Source: Octopus bimaculoides (lineage: Eukaryota). From it: a stretch of 34,385 nt of DNA. The first letter of the stretch is position 1. Each line of letters opens with the position of its first letter. Below the pieces are notes generated by a model that was given only the letters and a program-made list of their open reading frames with translations, was not told where the DNA came from and did no database searches. Of this stretch, positions 23,701 to 34,385 are shown piece by piece. The stretch lies in contig NC_068985.1 in assembly GCF_001194135.2 (NCBI RefSeq), positions 74,283,668-74,318,052 of the forward strand, given 5' to 3'. Position numbers and translations under genes: made by a program.

Positions 23701-23869
23701 TCTTTCAAATTTTGGCACAAGGTCAGCAATTCTGGGGGTGAGTGTAGATCCATTACACCCGATGAAAGACAAATTCGGCTTTTTCGTAATTTGGACTCAG
23801 ACATAATGACGTACGAAATGCCGCTAAGCATTTTGCCCGACGTGCTAACGATACTGCCTGCTCAACGCA
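23701..23869 (-). mobile_element. tRNA-derived SINE, diverged, internal deletion (same family as 19966-20178)
   Basis: GAAATGCCGCTAAGCATTTTGCCCGACGTGCTAACGATACTGCC corresponds to the reverse complement of the family head. Confidence 0.8.
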
Positions 23870-25188
23870 TTACACTAAATCCCATATTAGTCGCTCGGAA
23901 ATGGGGCGTTATCTGATCGTGGAATACATTAAACTTCATTGAATATGTTGGAAAGAATAAAATAGGAATACATTGGAATATACATTGGAAGAAATGTATT
24001 GGATGAATGACGTATGAAATTATTATCTAGTAGATCTCACTCCTCAGGTGTCGTTGAATATTCACTGGGGAGAGATGGTGGTATTGTAGTTTTCACGACA
24101 GTTCCATTTATGTTTATATTGCATTTGACATTTTGGAAGTGGGAAAAATTCTTACTTAAATATACTAAAGAACAGATCTTCATGAGAATACATTTAAGTC
24201 TACTTGGCCTGGTGAACTTCAAGCAGAAAAAGAAAAAAAGAAAAAAAGGGGAAAGGATAACTGTAGCGAAATTGGATTTTAAATACAAAGTAAATGATGG
24301 TGTATTCAGGTGTTGAATAGTTACGAACATATCGCTTTAAATGGATTGACAGTTGTCTTGTAAAATTAATGTGTGTGTAGGCATATGTATATCAATTTTG
24401 ATAAGTATGCTGAGATAACCTATACGTCCTCCATACATTCAATATTGCCATCTGCGTTAAAATAACAAATTCTTTCCTACTTTACGTTTCCATACTCGTT
24501 TAATGTTTGTAGAACATTTGAATCAGTAGCTTGCCTTGAAGCATAGCATTGTTCTACATATTGGAAATGTTTATCACCCATTATTGAATGTGAATACGTA
24601 ACGCATTCCACTTAATACGTATTTGATGAAAGATCTGGTCTCAACAACTAAATGGAAATAGATCGTATATTGATCGTTTACACCTTTAGGTGAGCATGAA
24701 GTTTGTTCGGAAATCTATAATTTTTTACATGCATTTTATCTGTATTCTTCAAATGTTCGACTTATGAAAAGCGATACGAACCCCTCTAACGAAAGCTTAA
24801 GGGTAAATAGCAAATCAAATGATACTGATATACTGACTCCAATGTAAATGTTGGCACATTTTCTATTAAAGTTTACATGATTGGAACAATTAGAAAGTGA
24901 TAAATTACACAAATATAATTCCCACCACATAGATCTCTGGCGCATTATACTTACTCAAGGTAGGCAGCTGGTGACCTTTATGTAGTAGACTATCATCAAA
25001 AGATTTGTCAGTATATAAAAGGATAGAAATATGTTAAAAGTTTACTTCCGAACTATATTAGCTTATTTGTACAGGAAATCCATTCTTCTCTCTTTCTTCG
25101 TAGCAATAATATCAGTCACCTTTTCGTAGAAATTGAAAGTAGAGACTTGCTCTATTTTGTTAAGTCTTTACTTTTCAATGGATATTAA

Positions 25189-25724
25189 AGCGGCATAACT
25201 ACAGATTTCTCCTCCGCCGACTTTGGATGATTATAAGTTTCAGAAAAATGTATATTTTGTAATGCAATTTTCTACGAATATGTGTAAATTTCGAATATTT
25301 AACACTTGGAGAGAAAAGTGTTTTAGGAGGCGGTGGAGTGGGGGAATTTTTTAAACTGCATCAGAGCCCACTTTAATTCGTCTTAACTGTCAAGAAAATG
25401 GATATTGTTTAATGAAATTCCCTGTAAACAGACCTCGGAATATGTAGGTTCCGAGGACATAGAAATTTTGGTAGAAAACAATTGAGGGTTATTTTTGAGA
25501 AAGTTAAGATGAATGGAAGTTAACATGAATGGAAGTGGAGGCCGGCGATTTTTTCTAATTCTCCATCACACCCACTTCTGAAACAATTTCCGTAAAGTAT
25601 TTTATATATTTGAGATCTACATCATATAACACATATTCGTACAAAATTTCATTAAAAAAATATCCATTTTCTGAAAGTTATGATCATCCAAAATTCGGGG
25701 GAACAGAAATATGTAGTTATGCCA
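25189..25724. mobile_element. MITE with ~100-bp TIRs and TTAA flanks (Kolobok-like)
   Basis: GGCATAACTACAGATTTCT...TTTGGATGATTATAAGTTTCAGAAAA from 25192 mirrors ...TTTCTGAAAGTTATGATCATCCAAAA...AGAAATATGTAGTTATGCC ending 25723; TTAA at 25185 and 25725; no ORF. Confidence 0.85.
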
Positions 25725-27875
25725 TTAAGTAAGTAACGAAAGTCTTTGATTTGTTATTCTGTTCCTAGTGTAGTTCTTAATTCTTTTCAAAGTAGAAATC
25801 GACCTCTCCACAGAAACAGTTGTACCAGGAACTGTTAAGATTCAGGTTTTGTGTCAGAAGTAATAAAAACTGATACTTGACTTTAATTAGAACATATAAT
25901 AATTGTTTAAGTAAAAGTGTTATGGATAATTATTGTTTATTATTCGGTTGAAGAATAACGTCAATTAATGTCAAGTAGTGCTAGTTTATCCCCATTGTTA
26001 ACGAACAATCCTTCTTTGTTAACAATATGGGAAAATGTAGATAACGTGGTGTAGATTAATTAAGGCAGATGGTGGTTGCAACATGAATTTTGGTTTCTTA
26101 AAAACCCCTTAGATTAGACATACGAAATATTTCTATAATATTCATAGTATAAGGCAAATCGTTTATTACTAAGGTTTTATAGACTGTTCAGCCGTGGTTT
26201 GTATTTCTAATAAACGAATTTTCTTTATTTATACTTATCTGATAAATCGTATTGTTTAAACATCAATAATGTAGAAAAACCAGAAATTTGCGAGATTTGG
26301 TCTCTGCGCGTGGATCCAGATATTCACTACTATGAATTTGTCTCATCCAGTGATCTATTTGTTGACGGTAAATTGTAAATCGTATTTTTAAAGTGCCTTC
26401 ATTTTCCAATGTAATCTTCGCTGAATCTGTTGCTTACGAAGGCATATATTAAATTGTTTGAAGCATAAGTAAAATGGTAATTGAGAGCAAAAAACTCCTC
26501 CCGATTTAAATTTATAAGCTGTGTTCTCAAAAAGGTTATCAAATTACCTAACATAATCCACACATTCTTACAAAGGAGGAGTATGTTTTAAGATTTTCAA
26601 TGTGAATGAACTAGCACTAACTGATAACTTTATTCTTCGACAGAACAATAAGCAATAATTATCTATAAAATTTTATGGGAGCAATTCTTATATTTGTTAA
26701 ATGAAAGTGAAGATTCAGTCATTATTTTTCTTGACATAAAACGAAAGCTAAAACACAATGTAATAAATATCACTTATTCACAACCCTCTTTTCTAACTGT
26801 CATATGACATATAGAATGCAGAAACCCTTTTGTGAGACAATCTTGAGCGACTGTCACACGAGATTCACACATTAACGTTCACCAATCAATCTGTACGTGA
26901 ACGGATAGCGTTCTGAGCCACATTCTTTCTTTTAAAAAAACCCAGAATATTTATAACAATTCGCAGAAAAAAAAAAAACATAATTCGCGTCAAATATTTA
27001 GGTGTACACCTGACAACTCTGCAATAATTCATACTCAAAATATTATAATATTATAATGCTTCGGAAGTTCTCGGGAATTGCTACATAGAAATACAATACG
27101 GGGATGGGCAGTTGATGAGTGTAAAATTTTATGTATATAGTATTCTCAACTCAATCCTGGATGCAGAAAACCACTTTCTTTAAACAAAAACCACGTTTCT
27201 TTTTGGCGTTGGGATAGGTGTATATATTTGGAATCTCTTTGATGCATACATTCCAGTTTGTTTAATATTTCATGTCTTGAAGTTTGTGCGAATGACGGTA
27301 TGTGCGCGCGTACATTTGTGTGTGTTACATTAATAGATACAGATATAGATAATGTTCTCTGAACTCACTCGTCACTATTTTTCCCGCTTTATGTGGCAAT
27401 TCGCTAGTCCAATATACAGCTGGAGAGGAAATCCATTCAGTAAATACTTGTGAGTTATACTCTCAACTCCTGAACGTTTAAAGGATGCAAATTTAGTTCC
27501 TCAGTATTGTAAATATATAAAAGCAAACAGTGGAATACGTACGGCAATGAATTATTTTAACGATCTAATAATTCTGCCAAATCGTCATTTTTGCTGTGTG
27601 ATAGATTAGGCGCAAGGGCACACATTTTGTGTTTTACTACGTTCTTTTTATAATTGTATATTCATATATGTACAAATATTTAATCGAGTCGTATAAGTTA
27701 TAATACGTGTACCAAAAATTTAATATCGTAACGTATTGAACTATGAACATTTTCTTTGCATATTATGTTTTCTACTGCTAACATAACGAAGTATTATCGA
27801 TTCTTCCAGATATGTCTATATTTACATCTGAAATTATTGTTCATACATAGTCATACAAACGCATGCATACTATTG

Positions 27876-27887
27876 TACACACACACA

Positions 27888-27927
<40 letters not shown>

Positions 27928-28029
27928 AACACACACACACGCATGCACACACATATATGCTCTAGTAAACACACGTTACTGTAAGTACACAAGTTACTAT
28001 ATATATACTACTGTAAACACACATGTTAC

Positions 28030-28066
<37 letters not shown>
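27876..28066. repeat. (CA)n and (TA)n microsatellites with interspersed GTTACTGTAA-type repeats
   Basis: Read directly. Confidence 0.85.
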
Positions 28067-28067
<1 letters not shown>

Positions 28068-29524
28068 CTCTAGTAGACACATATGTTACTGTAAGCGTAC
28101 GCATCTATCAGTTTTGTAAAGTGTTTGTGTGCTTATTATAATATCGTTTTCTGCATTGCTTGCATGGTGAAGATACATTTATATATATGGATTTTTATAT
28201 GGAGAACTTCAAAATTTCAAATATCGAACTTTTATATGTTAGAGATCCAAAATTATTCTTATCTATGTGCATCCCTGTAAGATGAAAGTTTAACAAAACT
28301 CAAAAAAAAAAAAAAAAAACTTGCATCATTCCCTTCTCATATGTAATTCATTAGCAGTCCTCTTAAATTCTATCTAACATATCGTAGCCATAGTAACGCA
28401 TACAGTAACTATATTTCGTCGGAAAATGTTATTATAAAATCGAACTTTGTTGATTTATATCTTTTCAGAATTCAGTGACAGTCTCCGAAAATAGATCAAT
28501 GAAATAATTTTGTATATATAGTATATTCTGTTCTCACTATTTGAGATTCTTTTCTTACATCTCTAATTCATTTTCTTAGATATGTGTTGCCTATTAAGTC
28601 ACTGCTAATGGCAAATATGTACATATTTTAAAATTGAAATGCTATCAAATGTTTCTTTATATGAGTTAATGATTGTGTTATGTAGATACTAAACATCTAA
28701 TATTTCTTCAATTATGATATATTGTCTCACTTTCCGTACATCTGTATAGTATTGTAGCATATTCTTATTATTATCACCAGTTCTTCTTATCTAACCCTCT
28801 ACTGAATCTCAGTTATTTACTTTAGCCTATGTTTATTAATATCATAGTATGGCCTCTTCATTTTGGCAAAATTAATTCAGATATTACCGCTTAGATTAAA
28901 TGCAGAAATGCAACAATGTGGATAGCTTCTTCAGTTTACATTCTGTTTGTTTTGCAAATGATATCATTTAAACTGAGGCAAAATCACGTAGGATTATTAA
29001 TTCAAATGCAATACATACATTCATGCACGCGCGCGCACACACACACAAACACACACACACACATAGGCAAATGCTACGTATTTTTCATTATATTTTAACA
29101 GATCTCCCTAGCTATTACAAACCATCTGGAATAACAATCTCCAAAACAACATTTATCCAATCCAACACATGATGCTACATTCGTTTTCACAAATACATAT
29201 AGTGCATACCAATTCAATATACACTATATGTATTTCCTAACGACACATCAATTTTGGGGATTAAGAAAACATTGCTATTACAAATATCCTTCTGGTTGCA
29301 ATCACATATTTCACTTAACATAACTCTCATAGGTTAAGATTTTGGTCTCTCTGCATAACAGAGTGACGTGAAACCAACATTATTCTAATGAAAAATTTTG
29401 TATGTGTGTTGTGTGTATGCGTGTATACATGTATGAACGTATGAATGTATGTAATGATTATTGGTATGAGCTGCTGAGATTTCAGTGGCTCTGATCACTG
29501 CCGATTTCTTCATAGAATTCGAGG

Positions 29525-29690
29525 GAAGAGATAGATACAGAGATGGAGATGAAAGGAGATACAGAGATGGAGATGAAAGGAGAAGGAAGAGAAATAAGAT
29601 AAGAGATGAAAGGAGAAGGAAGAGAAATAAGATAAGAGATAGATGGAGATAGAGAGGTAGAGATGAAAGGAGAAGGAAGAGAAATAAGAG
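29525..29690. repeat. Purine-rich minisatellite
   Basis: GAGATGAAAGGAGAAGGAAGAGAAATAAGA three times; GATACAGAGATGGAGATGAAAGGA twice. Confidence 0.85.
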
Positions 29691-29711
29691 TCAGTGCTTA
29701 ATTAGAACATT

Positions 29712-29830
29712 ATTGATCGAACTTCAAAGATTGACCAGTGAAATGTATCTCAGCGGGATTCGATCTGAGAGCATAGAGACCCGGAGCGGATGCCGGAAAG
29801 CATGGTATTCGGAGCCTAAGACATTGCTAC
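29712..29830 (-). mobile_element. Highly diverged SINE fragment
   Basis: TCAGCGGGATTCGATCTGAGAGCATAGAGACCCGGAG resembles the reverse-complement B-box region of the 19966 family. Confidence 0.5.
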
Positions 29831-31069
29831 GCAATAAAGGTATTGAAAACAGAAATATAGTTAGAAATTGAATGTATGTAAAAAGATGATATTGGTTAAT
29901 TAGTTAAACTAAATCTAACACTTAAATGAAAATTCTTTTATGGAACACTATACAGTGTTGATTCTCTCGGTATTTTCTTTCAGCGTATAAATTAAATAGA
30001 GCAATTTATTTTATTCACCATGTCAGGACTTCGGCATGTTTTATGGTTAGAGTTTTAATGATACTGCGGACAGATTATGGGTAAGGTTATAAACAAGTGG
30101 ATAGCACTTAAAAAAAAAAATTAATTAAGATGTCTGGAATTTTTCAGAGGGTGACCTTAAACATTAGATGTCTGAGTTTGCAAAAAAAGAAATATCAGAC
30201 TTTGAAAACGTTCATTTAAATGGCTTAGATTTCAAGGACGAAAATTGTATACGATTCGTGTATAAAGTTAGAAAGATTGTTTGTAATATTTGTTTTTATT
30301 TTTGTTATTCAATGATATCAAGGTCTTTAGTTCTCTTTTGTGTGATAATGGAAATAAAGTCTTGAAAATTGCGGTCAATTGTTTGTTGTAAAGAAGCTAC
30401 CAAACGTTTCAAGTACATTTCTGTTTCCGTATTTACATCTTCCATATAAAACTTACTTGAATGAGATACAATCTAGGAATATTCAGTGAAATATTCAGTG
30501 AAATGAAATACAATCTAGAAATAACAGTTTCAACTTCAGTGTTACTTAACTATTTGTCATACCGAAAAGTACTCAGAAACGTCATATAACTTCTAAAGAA
30601 CTGAATGTTAATGATTATGTGGTTAATCTACTTTAATGATGAGAACAATTATTGAATATCATGAACCATATGATGAATTTGAACTAAAAAATTAGGGGAT
30701 CAACCTAACTACGACGGAAATTGCATTAAACTTGTCGCAGAAACATCTTAGAAATTTAAATAAGAACATCTTTTCACTGTAAAAATTAGCAAATGTTAGT
30801 AATAAAAATGTTATGCTATTAAGTATAATGGTTCTAAAGACGATTACATAGGACAAAGAAAATTGAGAGCCAGACTGAACAATGATAGGAAAGAATTACG
30901 AGATGATGCGCAGATACGGTGAAGGGAAAATTTAAACGTGAAAATCAGCAGAGAAATCTTCACACTTTAGTTTTCTGCTGTTAATTTCGCACATAAAATC
31001 GAGAAAATAATGAAAATAAGTTTGTCGAACCTAAGAGAATAACAGAATGTGAGAACTGCAAAGCTTATA

Positions 31070-31303
31070 AGCTGACTACAAAAGAGTGATGCTGAAGCTG
31101 TAAAATTTTGCATGCACTGATCTTAGCTAACCACATTAATAAATGAATTGTTTCTTTCGAGGTAAACTGACATCACTGTTCGAAGAAGACTTCAAATGTA
31201 ACTAGTAGTGAATCATCTTGAAAAATGGACAAGATTTGGCATTGTGGTGTTATCAAGAACCTGCAAAAAAAAAGGTATTACCCCCAACGACATTCATGTT
31301 GAC
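31070..31303 (+). mobile_element. mariner transposon 5' fragment (transposase N-terminus)
   Basis: ATG at 31225: MDKIWHCGVIKNLQKK/GITPNDIHVD (one extra A in the homopolymer), a typical mariner N-terminal HTH start; left boundary approximate. Confidence 0.75.
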
Positions 31304-31479
31304 AATACGGCAACATATCGAAGGCAGACATTATAATACCGAAGCTTGCATTGTAAAACACTGATATGGAGACAAAAATTGTAATTCTCATGCACAGATG
31401 CTGTCTATTTATCTATGTTTAGCGAGACATTGGACCTATTAGGTGAACAATAATTTCACTTGTTATCCATATATATATA

Positions 31480-31760
31480 TATATATACAGAGATGTACTT
31501 GCATAGGAAGTGACCTGATCTAAGATCGTGTGCTGGAACGAAAACAATTGCAGCGTGGAAGGTGTTTATAAGCCATTTAGAATAACACACAAAAGCCGTC
31601 AGATTCACTTCAACATTTAAATTTAATTTGTCAAAATATTTCCGTCGCTTTGAGACCATGACCTGTTCACTGACAAACGAAATTTTAGGTTGAATTGAAA
31701 TTATAAACGTAAAATATAAACTAACAAAAAAATTAATTTATATGAATTGATATATAAAGG
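31480..31760 (-). mobile_element. Probable PLE pLTR segment in inverted orientation to the adjacent RT fragment
   Basis: Contains a hammerhead-shaped motif, ends at (TA)n near 31470, and abuts a PLE RT fragment on the opposite strand. Confidence 0.55.
31627..31677 (-). ncRNA. Hammerhead-like motif with non-canonical core GTGAACA (G3:C8 swap)
   Basis: Minus strand: TTTGTCA-GTGAACA-G-GTCAT-GGTCTCAAA-GCGAC-GGAA-ATAT-TT^TGACAAA; perfect 7-bp stem I, palindromic AATATT stem III, partly decayed stem II. Confidence 0.55.
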
Positions 31761-31769
31761 CAATTATAT

Positions 31770-32190
31770 CACCATTAAATAAAGGAAAAAACATTTTACA
31801 AAATTATTGAAAAGAAATATGCAATGAAGAAGGTAGGTATGACTTACGATGAAGTCAATGTAGTTAAAATGGCTAGGAAATCGTTGATTGTATATAATAA
31901 TAAGTTGTGGGATAGGAAACATACTAGGGATATATTTGCGTATACCAATGGGGGGCACCCGATTCAGCACAGGTAACTGATTTAGTAGGTATATATTTAT
32001 TATCAGAACTTCAACTTGAAAACTTAAAATTGAATGGCGGTTTATATAGGGATGACTTTTTATTAATAACTAAGAATTGCACCAATAGAACACTAGAATG
32101 ATATAAGAAGAGAATATATACTTTTTTTAAACGAAATAGATTAAAGATTACTATTTATAATGAGAACTATAATATAAATTATCTTTCAGA
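31770..32190 (+). mobile_element. Penelope-like element reverse transcriptase fragment
   Basis: YAMKKVGMTYDEVNVVKMARKSLIVYNNKLWDRK...F/IPMG/APDSAQVTDLVGIYLLSEL...GGLYRDDFLLI...LKITIYNENYNINYL; PLE RT motifs PMG..D.A...DLVG.YLL and GLYRDD (DD at 32051-32056); frameshifts near 31941 and 31951. Confidence 0.9.
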
Positions 32191-32437
32191 ATAAAAGGAT
32201 ATGGTTACGATAACGAAACTTGAATTGCTTTTCGGAAGTTCCTACGTATGCTTATTTATGTTGTGGTGTGGTGATTGTGCATTCGTATGTGATGTTTTTC
32301 GCATGCATTGGATCATGATTGAACGTGCAGATTTCCTGCATATATATATGTATATATGCGTGCGTGTGTATATGAGTAGATGTATTTGTATATGTGTAAT
32401 TACGTTAGTGCGACTACATATCCGTACATGTGTGTGA

Positions 32438-32556
<119 letters not shown>

Positions 32557-32685
32557 CATGAATATATGTATGTATGTGGTGTGTGTGTATGTGTCAGAGC
32601 ACTAGCATATATGGATGTATATGAGAATGATCATGTATTTTTGGACCGATTCTTAAAGGTCAGCTGAGGACAATCGCATGTGTAA

Positions 32686-33015
32686 CCAACTAAGAAAAAA
32701 ATCAACTGTACAAAGAAATCAAATGCCAATCCCCTTCACAATAGCAAAATCCCCTTCACACTCTATATATTCAAAGCCGTTTGTCAACGGTCCACCAGCA
32801 TCAACACACTGTTGATAAACTCAGTGGCTACTACTATGTCCAGGACACGACAGACAGAGAGGATGCTCTTGAAGCTGAGAATCTCAACTTACGGAAACAA
32901 TATTTACATATCACCTGAGGAAACACTGCTAGAACTCATAATGCAGGGTACCAGCACGCCCGACCGACCACGTGATTGAAGATAAATGTCCTACCGTGCT
33001 CCTTCTTGTTGAATC
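32686..33015 (+). mobile_element. Possible PLE endonuclease C-terminus and 3' end
   Basis: Open frame ...PFTLYIFKAV...RTRQTERMLLKLRISTYGNNIY loosely resembles GIY-YIG C-termini; followed by a partial hammerhead-like motif at 32910-32976 and (TA)n. Confidence 0.35.
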
Positions 33016-33219
33016 CAAACTTTTTCTATTATATATATATATATATATTAAAACGGGGGTAGCTGATGAAACAGAATGTTCTCTATGTGGCTTGTGTGTT
33101 TTCTCGTCTACGTTTTGTTTGCAATGTCCTGTACCCAGATATGCACCTATACATACAGGTGGATGTCGGTATGCACATACCTGTACGTATATATGCATAT
33201 ACTCATTTACTATTTGTTT

Positions 33220-33261
<42 letters not shown>

Positions 33262-33531
33262 NNNNNNNNNNNNNNNNNNNNNNNNNNNNNNNNNNNNNNN
33301 NNNNNNNNNNNNNNNNNNNNNNNNNNNNNNNNNNNNNNNNNNNNNNNNNNNNNNNNNNNNNNNNNNNNNNNNNNNNNNNNNNNNNNNNNNNNNNNNNNNN
33401 NNNNNNNNNNNNNNNNNNNNNNNNNNNNNNNNNNNNNNNNNNNNNNNNNNNNNNNNNNNNNNNNNNNNNNNNNNNNNNNNNNNNNNNNNNNNNNNNNNNN
33501 NNNNNNNNNNNNNNNNNNNNNNNNNNNNNNN
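33262..33531. other. Assembly gap between (TA)n and (GAA)n
   Basis: 270 N. Confidence 1.
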
Positions 33532-33636
33532 GAAGAAGAAGAAGAAGAAGAAGAAGAAGAAGAAGAAGAAGAAGAAGAAGAAGAAGAAGAAGAAGAAGAA
33601 GAAGAAGAAGAAGAAGAAGAAGAAGAAGAAGAAGAA
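33532..33636. repeat. (GAA)35 trinucleotide repeat, truncated by the gap
   Basis: 105 nt of pure GAA. Confidence 0.97.
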
Positions 33637-33659
33637 GGGGGAGTGCTATGATAGTAGCA

Positions 33660-33895
33660 GTGTTAATTTGTTAAGTGTCCTGAAAATGACCTGTTGTTGA
33701 CGGGAGTAGTGATTTGAATTGTTGAGAAATGCCTTTTGAATGTATTGTCTATAATGTTTGCCTAATGTTATTCTAAACAGCAGTAGTAGTGCGTATATCA
33801 GGTTCTCCGAACTACATGTGAAGTTACTTTTCATAGTTTTGGACTGTCTCTTGCTTTTTATAAAGTCTCCTATCACAAGCTCAAATAGGCTCAAC
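33660..33895 (-). mobile_element. Penelope-like element GIY-YIG N-terminal fragment
   Basis: MKSNFTCSSENLIYA then, after a frameshift, NNIRQTL...SQQFKSLLP..TGHF, matching PLE KS.FTC.SENLIY...YIGQT...HF. Confidence 0.75.
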
Positions 33896-33904
33896 AACAA
33901 CACT

Positions 33905-34010
33905 GAAGCTGTTAGTAAAAAAATGCGGTAGACCCAACTGCGGGAACTGCGTCAATTTAATTGAGGGAGCAGAGTTCTCCTTCAAGCAGGGACAAAATTC
34001 CACAGTGAAA
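33905..34010 (+). mobile_element. Penelope-like element Zn-knuckle linker fragment
   Basis: KKCGRPNCGNCVNLIEGAEFSFKQGQNSTVK from 33918: the CxxxxCxxC knuckle preceding the PLE GIY-YIG domain. Confidence 0.85.
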
Positions 34011-34286
34011 ATCCAAGACTTTGAAAGATTTCAGAACATTCATAAAGAGAAGGTCTCTGGGATATTTTATATATACATTCATCGGAGACGGTGCGAGAAA
34101 ATGGTTAAGGAATAGTTATTCTGGAGAGGATATGAAATATATGCATGCTAATATGTGACCTACGTTGGACTCCTCATTCGCAAAATCACCGAACCTGGAG
34201 CTTAACTATAGTCTATCCATAGCACTTACTCAGCATTACCTGACACCTTTGGGTCTTCTTGACATCATTACTTCTCATAACCTGTA

Positions 34287-34288
<2 letters not shown>

Positions 34289-34324
<36 letters not shown>

Positions 34325-34338
34325 CGCGTGTGTGTGCG
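34289..34338. repeat. (TG)n microsatellite
   Basis: Read directly. Confidence 0.9.
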
Positions 34339-34385
34339 TTTAGTATTAGACTTTATTAAGTACAAAACATGTTTCTACTCGTTCT

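Noticed and set aside
24014-24330. Two overlapping ~100-aa ORFs, the minus one ending NGTVVKTTIPPSLPSEYSTTPEE with a GTGAGA donor-like site
   Set aside because: Largely low-complexity (A/T run), weak acceptor and no recognisable family
30460-30523. Short local duplications (AATATTCAGTGA twice; AATGARATACAATCTAG twice), superficially repeat-spacer-like
   Set aside because: Only two units each with no regular spacers, in eukaryotic context; ordinary slippage, not CRISPR
33055-33190. CTGATGA at 33063 as a hammerhead start (also 6429 and 13726)
   Set aside because: No properly placed stem II, GAAA, stem III or complementary stem I follows

Overview
AT-rich eukaryotic genomic DNA from a draft assembly with four N-gaps (3143-3475, 14998-15804, 21616-22443, 33262-33531), nearly all flanked by microsatellites. 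The repeat content (tRNA-head SINEs of the cephalopod type, Penelope-like elements, Tc1/mariner relics) looks like an Octopus-type genome; that assignment is from my recognition of the repeats, not a database search. I cannot support any intact protein-coding gene: most listed ORFs are gap or microsatellite artefacts or decayed transposon frames, and only weak candidate exons remain. The window is a transposon graveyard: about eight SINE copies, at least eight Penelope-like element (PLE) fragments (GIY-YIG endonuclease, RT and 3' tails), a TIR-complete Tc1 element with DD36E spacing, maT/mariner and Sola2-like transposase relics, and two MITEs. The most interesting signal is a set of type I hammerhead ribozyme motifs at PLE 3' ends: one with a fully intact catalytic core (22481-22575, minus), one hammerhead-shaped motif with an apparent G3:C8 compensatory swap (31627-31677, minus), and two or three decayed ones, each with a different palindromic stem III. 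There is also a 94-bp-arm palindrome with a template-switch-like signature (2801-3013).
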